Shown piece after piece: positions 9,041 to 16,042 of a stretch of 64,000 bases of DNA. A model generated the notes under the pieces. That model saw only the letters and a program-made list of their open reading frames with translations. It did not search any database and had not been told where the DNA came from. A program made the position numbers and the translations under genes. The number at the start of each line of letters is the position of its first letter. The stretch's first letter is position 1. The stretch covers positions 126,884 to 190,883 of the forward strand of contig JAWCQZ010000003.1 of NCBI GenBank assembly GCA_038869515.1, written 5' to 3'. The stretch comes from Halobacteria archaeon (GTDB lineage Archaea; Halobacteriota; Syntropharchaeia; JACQPP01).

Positions 9041-10396
9041 ATGGGGACGGAACTCTCCCCCGTGGTTCCCCGGAGGCCCGGCTCCCAATTGATTCCCGCC
9101 TCCGCCCTCCTCTCCCCCCGGGAGGCCGAGGAGGTCTTCCACGCGGGCGGCGAGGCCATCTGCGTCGCATGCAAGGGGGCTCACCTCCTCTGCGGCAAGG
9201 AGCGGTGCCCCATCCTGACGCGGCTCGCGCTCTTCCAGGCTGCGCGGCCCCTCTTCGAGACCACCGAACTGGCGGGCGCGACACCGCCCGGCGTCTTCGT
9301 CGGGCGGATGGGATACCCGAAGGTGACCATCGGGCCGCTCGTCCCGCCGGTGGGCGGGGACACCACCATCCTCGACATGCCGGAGCAGTGGCTCGGCAAG
9401 CCCATCGAGGAGATCGCCTCGATGCGCTTCTCGCTGGTCCGGGGGAAAATCCGGGTCAACGCCTGCGAGGTGGAGACCTCGGGCAGACTCGTGGACATGA
9501 CCCGAGAGCTGGCGATGGCCGCCTCACCCGCCGACATCGAGGCGGAGTTCACCAGGAAGCCCGCGGGCAAGGTGGTGGTGAACGAGGACTCCCAGCCCTT
9601 CGGCCCCTCGGCGCCACTCAAGGCGCTCGATCTGGGCGACCTGAAGGTGGACCAGCGCATCGAGAAGAGATACGGCGACACCGACCTGAAAGCCAAAGGC
9701 GCAGTCCTCGACCTCTACCGGGACGGCCTGCCGGTGTCGCGCATCCAGCGCTCCTTCAGCGCGGGGCTCTTCGGGTTGAAGAAGAACCGCCACTTCGTCC
9801 CGACTCGCTGGTCCATCACCGCGGTGGACAACGCCATCGGCCTAGACCTCGTCGCGAAGGTGAAGCGCGCCCCCGAAATCAACGAGTTCCGCATCTACGA
9901 GGCGGGCAACCTCGACAACCGCTTCCTGGTCCTCATGCTCCCGATGGCGTGGTCCTACGAGCTCATCGAGGCGTGGTATCCGAACACCCTCTGGAACCCC
10001 CTCGGGAGGCGGACGGTGATTTTCGGGGATTGCGAGTTCTACGAGGGGCGGACCACCTACGCTCAAATCGGCGGATGCTACTATGCGGCACGCCTCGCCG
10101 TCGGCGAGTGTTTGACGAAGGAGAACCGTCAGGCGCGGGTCGTCATCCTCCGGGAGGCCCACCCGGGCTATATCATGCCGGTGGGGGTGTGGAACGTGCG
10201 GGAGACGGTGCGGGAGGCGCTCCGCCACGAGCCGAGGAGGTTCGACCGGCTGAGCGAGGCGCTGGCGCACGTGACGACGCGGCTCGACATACCGCTGGGG
10301 ACGTGGATTCGGCACAGCGGGTTGCTGAGGGATGTGCGAAAACAGAGGCGGTTGGTGGATTTTGCGGAGAAGAAGGAGAGTCTAAGAAATGTTTGA
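9041..10396 (+). CDS. Nre-family DNA-repair-associated protein-like (DUF650/DUF651-like)
   Basis: 451 aa; N-terminal Cys cluster ICVACKGAHLLCGKERCPIL, then a conserved central region; assignment from memory of archaeal Nre proteins, not searched. Confidence 0.55.
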   Translation: MGTELSPVVPRRPGSQLIPASALLSPREAEEVFHAGGEAICVACKGAHLLCGKERCPILTRLALFQAARPLFETTELAGATPPGVFVGRMGYPKVTIGPLVPPVGGDTTILDMPEQWLGKPIEEIASMRFSLVRGKIRVNACEVETSGRLVDMTRELAMAASPADIEAEFTRKPAGKVVVNEDSQPFGPSAPLKALDLGDLKVDQRIEKRYGDTDLKAKGAVLDLYRDGLPVSRIQRSFSAGLFGLKKNRHFVPTRWSITAVDNAIGLDLVAKVKRAPEINEFRIYEAGNLDNRFLVLMLPMAWSYELIEAWYPNTLWNPLGRRTVIFGDCEFYEGRTTYAQIGGCYYAARLAVGECLTKENRQARVVILREAHPGYIMPVGVWNVRETVREALRHEPRRFDRLSEALAHVTTRLDIPLGTWIRHSGLLRDVRKQRRLVDFAEKKESLRNV

Positions 10397-10787
10397 CTTT
10401 GAGCGAGATATGTGCTGTGGAATTGGGCTGTTCATAGGGATTTTTGCATTAATCGGAGGCTTCGTTTCGCTGTTGCCGCAACCATGGAGGGAGCCAGTCG
10501 CTTATGGATTGTCTGTTCCAACTTTGATAGTTCTCGTACTTTACATCTGGGGAACCGCGAAGACTCACGAAGTTCGCGAAAAGGCAGAAGAAACTCGCTT
10601 AAGAGGACTAACCGAGCCTGAATCATTCCTAATCCCCAAATGGAAGAGGAAAGAAATGAGCAGTTCAGAAAGGAAGTGCCCTAGTTGTAAATCTACAGTT
10701 CCGCCTGGAGTCAATATTTGCGGAAGTTGCGGGCATGACTTTTCAATTGACGAGCTTCGGAGGCAGACTAAGTCTCGCGGCGATTGA
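10389..10787 (+). CDS. Small membrane protein with C-terminal zinc ribbon, encoded in a low-G+C segment
   Basis: 132 aa; two TM helices then CPSCKS…CGSCGHDF; codon usage A/T-rich at position 3 (ttt, gat, aaa, tta), unlike flanking genes. Confidence 0.5.
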   Translation: MFDFERDMCCGIGLFIGIFALIGGFVSLLPQPWREPVAYGLSVPTLIVLVLYIWGTAKTHEVREKAEETRLRGLTEPESFLIPKWKRKEMSSSERKCPSCKSTVPPGVNICGSCGHDFSIDELRRQTKSRGD

Positions 10788-10870
10788 GCCGAGTTGCGCA
10801 CCCGACAATCAACTTGTTCTTCTTGCGTAGCCCCCTTGCGCTCGCGCGCGGGCCCTTCATGGGTCGCGGG

Positions 10871-11098
10871 CTATTCCAACAGGCGGAGAAACTCTTCCAC
10901 AGTGAACCCCGCCTGCCGGAGGATGGCTCGCAGGGTCCCCCGCGAGACCTCCGCATGGGCGGGGACGGTCAGAGGCGGCCGCTCAGGGTGGCGCAGGTGG
11001 ATGTGGCTGCCCTTCTGGTCGCGGACGTAGTATCCCGTTTTGCCCAGGGCCCGGAGGACTTCCCGCGCCGACAAAACGGGCAGCCGGGGCACCGCCAA
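10871..11098 (-). CDS. hicA: Type II toxin HicA (mRNA interferase)
   Basis: 75 aa; LSAREVLRALGKTGYYVRDQKGSHIHLRHP…LTVPAH…LRAILRQAGFTVEEF matches the HicA/YcfA fold. Confidence 0.8.
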   Translation of the reverse strand: MAVPRLPVLSAREVLRALGKTGYYVRDQKGSHIHLRHPERPPLTVPAHAEVSRGTLRAILRQAGFTVEEFLRLLE

Positions 11099-11317
11099 TC
11101 ACACGGCGACCGAAACGGTGACCTCTTTGACCTTCGCCGACGGGCGGATGGGGAGGCCGTCCTCGGCCAGGGACTTCAGGTGCAACTCGATGGCCTCCTT
11201 GATGTTCCGCTTGGCATCGGCCACGGTCTTGCCTTGGGAGATGCAGCCCGGCAGGCTCGGCACGGTGGCCACATACCATCCGTCCTCTTCCTTCTCGAGG
11301 TGGACCTTGAACTTCAT
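11099..11317 (-). CDS. hicB: Antitoxin HicB
   Basis: 72 aa from ATG at 11317 (MKFKVHLEKEEDGWYVATVPSLPGCISQGKTVADAKRNIKEAIELHL…), HicB/UPF0150 signature; track start 11449 is an extension across a repeat; TATA-like ATTTAATAGG about 25 bp upstream. Confidence 0.75.
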   Translation of the reverse strand: MKFKVHLEKEEDGWYVATVPSLPGCISQGKTVADAKRNIKEAIELHLKSLAEDGLPIRPSAKVKEVTVSVAV

Positions 11318-11496
11318 CGCCCAATTGTGGGTTTTCAAGCCTATTAAATCTTCACGCCCGCGGGCTGTGCCCGAGAACTCCCCGCAGGAAGTGAACCCGC
11401 AGCTCTCGCACGCTCGCGCGCGGGCCCTCCGGGGTCGCCACTCGCGCAAGCGCGGGGGCTCCCCCGGGCCCGCGCTTGTTGCCGTCCCCCGACGCC

Positions 11497-11530
11497 TTTA
11501 AATACCATTGAATCAATTGATTCAATTGAA
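11497..11530 (+). promoter_or_regulatory. TATA box plus 23-bp palindromic operator upstream of the antitoxin/RelE pair
   Basis: TTTAAATA at 11497-11504; palindrome TTGAATCAATTGATTCAATTGAA at 11508-11530; ATG at 11534. Confidence 0.45.
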
Positions 11531-11533
11531 CCC

Positions 11534-11737
11534 ATGCCCCTCACCACCGTCTCCCTCAAGCCCGAGACCTTGGCGAGCCTGCGGGCCTACAAGGTGGGCG
11601 GGGCGTCCTACGACGACGTCCTCAACGATTTGATGGACGACCACCCCCCCGCGACCTTCGTGCAGGAGCACCTGCGGCGCCTCCGGGAAGAGGAGCGCAG
11701 CGACTGGGAGTCGGCCAAGCGAAAACTGAAGGTCTGA
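11534..11737 (+). CDS. Putative type II antitoxin (partner of the RelE/ParE-like toxin)
   Basis: 67 aa; directly upstream of and 10 bp from the toxin gene; …SYDDVLNDLMDD… resembles archaeal antitoxins. Confidence 0.6.
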   Translation: MPLTTVSLKPETLASLRAYKVGGASYDDVLNDLMDDHPPATFVQEHLRRLREEERSDWESAKRKLKV

Positions 11738-11746
11738 GCCGGGGCC

Positions 11747-12016
11747 GTGGCGCCCTTCGAGGTCCAACTGACCCGGAGCGCCGAGAAGGAGTTGTCCAAG
11801 TTGCCCCGGGAGGCCATCCTGCGGTTCGCCGCGGCCATCGACCGACTTCGGGAGGACCCGAACCACGCGCGGCCCGGCGTGGATGTGAAAAAGCTGAAAG
11901 GGACCCGCTCAGCGTGGCAGCTGCGGGTCGGGGACTACCGGGGCATCTACGAGGTCGAGGGGGACAGGGTCGTGTTCACACGGTTCGCCCACCGGTCGAA
12001 GGTTTACCGAGTGTAG
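11747..12016 (+). CDS. RelE/ParE-family type II toxin
   Basis: 89 aa; …WQLRVGDYRGIYEVEGDRVVFTRFAHRSKVY matches the RelE/ParE C-terminal fold. Confidence 0.8.
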   Translation: MAPFEVQLTRSAEKELSKLPREAILRFAAAIDRLREDPNHARPGVDVKKLKGTRSAWQLRVGDYRGIYEVEGDRVVFTRFAHRSKVYRV

Positions 12017-12017
12017 T

Positions 12018-12452
12018 TCACTTCGCTTGCCCCTTCTTCTTCATCTCCCCGGGGACCGCGTCCATGTCCATGTAGAACGGCTCCCAGATGTGCCCGTCGA
12101 GGTCCTGGAAGGCGCGCCCGTACATCCACCCGTAGTCCTGCTTCTCCCGGTACTCACGGCCTCCCGCGGCCACGGCGCTTTTCAGCATCTCGTCCACCGC
12201 CTTGCGGCTCTCGAGAGAGAGCGCGACGAGGACCTCGGTGCTCTTTTTTGCATCACATATCTCCCGGCCCGGGAGGAACCCCTTGAAGAATTTCTCCGCC
12301 AGCAGCATGGCGAACATGTTCTCCCCGACGACCATGCACGCCGCGTTGTCGTCGGTGAACATCGGGTTGAACTTGAAACCCAGTTTGGCGAAGAATGCGG
12401 TCGTCTTCTTGAGGTCTTTGACCGGCAGGTTGACGAAAATCTTGTCCGCCAT
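12018..12452 (-). CDS. VOC-family (glyoxalase/bleomycin-resistance fold) protein
   Basis: 144 aa from ATG at 12452 (MADKIFVNLPVKDLKKTTAFFAKLGFKF…); the track N-terminal extension has poor codon bias. Confidence 0.75.
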   Translation of the reverse strand: MADKIFVNLPVKDLKKTTAFFAKLGFKFNPMFTDDNAACMVVGENMFAMLLAEKFFKGFLPGREICDAKKSTEVLVALSLESRKAVDEMLKSAVAAGGREYREKQDYGWMYGRAFQDLDGHIWEPFYMDMDAVPGEMKKKGQAK

Positions 12453-12466
12453 CCGCCCCGCGGGCC

Positions 12467-12595
12467 TCACCCCATCCCCATCTTCTTGGCGAACTCCTTC
12501 GCCCGTGCCTTGACCGCCTTGGCGGCGTCCCGGGCGCAGAACGCGGGGGCGAGGGCGCGGTAGCCGTCGGGGATGGGCATTGCTCCGGGGGCCAT
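12467..12595 (-). CDS. Candidate leaderless mini-ORF (42 aa) upstream of the VOC gene
   Basis: Hand-translated (below the track length cut-off): ATG at 12595 sits about 25 bp downstream of TATA box ATATAAAAAAA (12616-12626, minus-strand sense); frame has strong codon-3 G+C; no family recognised. Confidence 0.25.
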   Translation of the reverse strand: MAPGAMPIPDGYRALAPAFCARDAAKAVKARAKEFAKKMGMG

Positions 12596-12671
12596 CCAAC
12601 TCCCCCCCGCCCGGGATATAAAAAAACTACCCGAAGGTCGCCCGGATGCGGCCCCCGGTCCCGAGGGGACC

Positions 12672-12842
12672 CTAGAGGTCTGCGGCCCGGATGGTGGAGC
12701 GGCCGTTGGCCTTGGCCCTCTTGGCCGCGGTGGCCAGGAGGTCCGCGACCGCCTTGTCGAGGGCGTCGTAGAGGTCTCCCGAGACCCGCATGCCTTTGGG
12801 CGCCTTGGCCTTGACCGCCGATTTGACGACGAGTCCTGCCAT
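12672..12842 (-). CDS. Small basic protein, possibly histone-fold/DUF1931-like DNA-binding
   Basis: 56 aa from ATG at 12842 (MAGLVVKSAVKAKAPKGMRVSGDLYDALDKAVADLLATAAKRAKANGRSTIRAADL); TATA-like element about 25 bp upstream; family assignment tentative. Confidence 0.45.
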   Translation of the reverse strand: MAGLVVKSAVKAKAPKGMRVSGDLYDALDKAVADLLATAAKRAKANGRSTIRAADL

Positions 12843-12961
12843 AGGGGGTCCCACGGCAGAAGTGCCTAAAAACCCTGCGGTCCTCCCCGGGGGCGCGGGG
12901 CCTGTTTTCCGAGGGAGTTGGGACGAAGTTCATTATCCAGCGGCCGCAAACCCGCCCCAGG

Positions 12962-13987
12962 ATGGCGACCCGGCCCCCTCCCCCCGTAGGGATGGTCCTG
13001 TGCGGCGGCCACGGCAAGCGCCTCATGCCCTTGACCCAGGACATCCCCAAGCCCCTCGTGGAGCTCCGGCCCGGATACACCATCCTCGACCGGCAACTCT
13101 TCGACTTCTCCGCCGCGAACATCAACAGGGCCATCCTGCTGACCGGGCACCTCGGCGACAAGATAGAGAAGCGGTACGGGAAGGAGTTCAAGGGCGTGAA
13201 AATCGAGTACTCGGTGGAGGAGGAGCCCAAGGGGACGCTCTTCGCCATCCGCCAGGGCATGGAGATGGCCGGGCCCGGGACGGAGGTCGTGGTCCGGAAC
13301 GGCGACGTGGTCGCCGACGTGAACCTGATGAAGATGATGGCCCACCACCATCGCCACCGGGGCGGGCTCAAGGCGACGATGTTCGTCACTCGGATGCGCT
13401 CCCCCTACGGGATCGTCGAACTCGAAGGCGAGCGCATCCGCTCCTTCCGGGAGAAGCCCATGCTCGACCAGCACATCAACGGGGGCATCTACTGCCTCTC
13501 GCCCGGCATCCCGATGGACGGCTACGACCGGGGCGAAATCGAGAAGACGGTCTTCCCGGCACTCGCGCAGAGCGGAGAACTGGGCCACTACCGGGAGGAG
13601 GGTTTCTGGCTCGCGGTGGACACCGTGAAAGAATTGGAGGAGGCCCGGAAGGAGTACTCGAACCGGGAGGACAAGCCCTGGGGCTACGAGAAGGTCCTCG
13701 TCCGGACGGAGAAGTACATGACCAAGGAGCTGTTCATCCGTGAGGGCTACTCGACGAGCGTCCACTACCACAAGGAGAAGGACGAGACCCTCTACGTCCA
13801 GAGCGGGACGCTCGCGGTCGAGTTCAAGGACGGGGTCAAGAAGACCTTCAACCGCAACGACTCATTCCGGATCACGCCCGGGATGCACCACCGGCTCATC
13901 GGCCTGGAGAACGTGGTGCTCCAGGAGGTCTCGACGCCGCAACTCGACGACACGGTGCGGGTGAAGGACTTCTACGCGGCTCGATGA
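12962..13987 (+). CDS. Sugar-phosphate nucleotidyltransferase with C-terminal cupin domain (mannose-1-phosphate guanylyltransferase-like)
   Basis: 341 aa; N-terminal GGxGxRL nucleotidyltransferase motif (LCGGHGKRLMPLT), C-terminal cupin region; start could be the downstream ATG. Confidence 0.8.
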   Translation: MATRPPPPVGMVLCGGHGKRLMPLTQDIPKPLVELRPGYTILDRQLFDFSAANINRAILLTGHLGDKIEKRYGKEFKGVKIEYSVEEEPKGTLFAIRQGMEMAGPGTEVVVRNGDVVADVNLMKMMAHHHRHRGGLKATMFVTRMRSPYGIVELEGERIRSFREKPMLDQHINGGIYCLSPGIPMDGYDRGEIEKTVFPALAQSGELGHYREEGFWLAVDTVKELEEARKEYSNREDKPWGYEKVLVRTEKYMTKELFIREGYSTSVHYHKEKDETLYVQSGTLAVEFKDGVKKTFNRNDSFRITPGMHHRLIGLENVVLQEVSTPQLDDTVRVKDFYAAR

Positions 13988-15237
13988 GCGCCCCGCGCCC
14001 CATCGGTTTCCTCGGCCTCGGCTACGCCGGGCTGACCACCGCCCTCGGCCTCTGCGAACTGGGCCACTCGGTCGTCGCCTACGACATCGACCCGGAGAAA
14101 ATCCGGGCGCTCGACGCGGGGAGGATTCCGTTTCACGAGCCGGGGCTGCCGGAGCTGCTGAAGAAGCACCGGGGGAAGCGGTTCGCCGCGACCGCGAACG
14201 TGGCGGCCCTCGAGGGGGTCCCGATGGCATTCATCTGCGTCCCGACCCCCTCGAAGGCGGACGGCTCCATCGACACCCGGCACGTCGAGTCTGCCGCCGA
14301 CGCGTTCGCGAAGGCGGCCCCGAAAGCGGTCGCCGTCATGAAGTCCACCGTGGTCCCGGGGACCACGGAGCGGGTCCTCGGCCCCCGGTTCGAGCGCTGG
14401 GCGGTCAATCCGGAATTCCTCCGGGAAGGCTCGGCGGTCCACGACCTCCTCCACCCCGACCGCATTGTCGTCGGTGCGCCCGACCCCAAAACGGCGGGCG
14501 AGGTGGCCGCCCTCTACGCGAAACTCAAGGCCCCGGTGGTCAGGACGACCCCCGCCACCGCCGAGATGATCAAATATGCGAGCAACGCCGCCCTCGCCGC
14601 GAAAATCTCCTTCGCCAACGAGATGGGCAACCTCGCCAAGGCGCTCGGCGTGGATGTCTACGAGGTGATGGAGGGCGTCGGCCTCGACAAGCGCATCGGC
14701 CGCGCATTCCTCGACGCCGGGGCGGGCTTCGGCGGGTCGTGCTTCCCGAAGGACGTGCGGGCCCTCCGGGCGCTCGCGAAGGAGAAGGGGACCGGGACGG
14801 AGGTCATGGACGCCACGCTCCGGGTCAACGACCACCAGCCGGAGCGGATGGTGGCGCTCCTCGAGAAGCACGTGGGGACCCTCGCCGGCAAGACCGTCGC
14901 GGTCCTCGGCCTCGCCTTCAAGCCCGACACCGACGACATCCGGGAGAGCCGGGCCCTCGAAGCCATCCGAATTCTGCGCCAGCGGGAGGCCAGGGTGCGG
15001 GCGTACGACCCTTTGGCCATCGAGGCGACCCGCAAGGTGTTCCCTGATATCGAATACGCCGCCTCCTCCCCGGACGCCCTGGCGGAGGCCGACGGGGCGC
15101 TGGTGATGACCGCATGGCCCGAGTTCCGCAAGATTCCCGCCGAGGCGTGGAGGAGCCTGAAGCATCGCGTGGTCGTCGACGGGAGGCGAGCGGTGAAAGT
15201 GCCGGCCGGGGTCACCTGCGAGGGGCTCTGCTGGTAG
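13984..15237 (+). CDS. Nucleotide-sugar dehydrogenase (UDP-glucose/GDP-mannose 6-dehydrogenase family)
   Basis: 417 aa; N-terminal Rossmann GLGYAG, catalytic GFGGSCFPKD motif. Confidence 0.85.
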   Translation: MSAPRPIGFLGLGYAGLTTALGLCELGHSVVAYDIDPEKIRALDAGRIPFHEPGLPELLKKHRGKRFAATANVAALEGVPMAFICVPTPSKADGSIDTRHVESAADAFAKAAPKAVAVMKSTVVPGTTERVLGPRFERWAVNPEFLREGSAVHDLLHPDRIVVGAPDPKTAGEVAALYAKLKAPVVRTTPATAEMIKYASNAALAAKISFANEMGNLAKALGVDVYEVMEGVGLDKRIGRAFLDAGAGFGGSCFPKDVRALRALAKEKGTGTEVMDATLRVNDHQPERMVALLEKHVGTLAGKTVAVLGLAFKPDTDDIRESRALEAIRILRQREARVRAYDPLAIEATRKVFPDIEYAASSPDALAEADGALVMTAWPEFRKIPAEAWRSLKHRVVVDGRRAVKVPAGVTCEGLCW

Positions 15238-15999
15238 TCAGGACTCCCGCGTCGCCAACCGGTCCGCCTCCAGCAGCGACTCGAACGTCCCGACGTCATA
15301 CCTCTCCCCGTGGAACCGGTGGGCGTAGACGGCGCGGCCCGCCCTCCTCATTTTCTCGACCGCGTCGGTGAGCCACACCTCGCCCCCCCGGCCCGGACGG
15401 GTCTGCGCGAGGAACCTGAAAATCTCCGGGTGGAGCACGAGCAGCCCTGCGATGTTGTAGTAATACCCGTCCACCCTGTAGGGGCGCGCCTGGGCGAGGG
15501 TCGGCTTCTCGACGAGCCCTCGCACCCGGCCCCCCTTCCCGACCTTCACGATGCCGAACCTGCGCGGGTCGTCCACGGGGTGGACCAGCAGCGTGGCCCT
15601 CGCCAGCCTCCGCCTGTGGAGGGCGAAGGCCTCGGCCACCGCGTCCGGGGGCCGGAAGTAGTTGTCCCCGAACATCACCGCGAACTCGTCGTCCCCGACC
15701 CAGGAGCGGGCCAGCGAGACCGCATGCCCCACGCCCTTCGGTTCCTCCTGGACGCGGTAGGCAACTTCGAGGCCGAACTGCCGCCCCGAGCCGAGGTAGT
15801 CGAGGATGGCCCCCTTCCGCCACCCAACGATGACCAGGACCTCCTCGACGCCGCCCGACCGGAGGGCCTCCAGGACGTGGTGGATGACCGGCTTGGTGCC
15901 GACGCGGATGAGCTCCTTGGGGATGGCCTGGGTGAGGGGGGCGAGGCGGCTTCCGACTCCCGCTGCGGGGACGACTGCCTTCCGGATGGGGGCGGGCAT
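15238..15999 (-). CDS. Sugar nucleotidyltransferase (glucose-1-phosphate thymidylyl/uridylyltransferase-like)
   Basis: 253 aa; AVVPAAGVGSRLAPLTQAIPKEL N-terminal motif. Confidence 0.85.
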   Translation of the reverse strand: MPAPIRKAVVPAAGVGSRLAPLTQAIPKELIRVGTKPVIHHVLEALRSGGVEEVLVIVGWRKGAILDYLGSGRQFGLEVAYRVQEEPKGVGHAVSLARSWVGDDEFAVMFGDNYFRPPDAVAEAFALHRRRLARATLLVHPVDDPRRFGIVKVGKGGRVRGLVEKPTLAQARPYRVDGYYYNIAGLLVLHPEIFRFLAQTRPGRGGEVWLTDAVEKMRRAGRAVYAHRFHGERYDVGTFESLLEADRLATRES

Positions 16000-16042
16000 G
16001 AACGGCCTTCTTTTTCAATCCATGATATAGCCTGTGGCCCCG

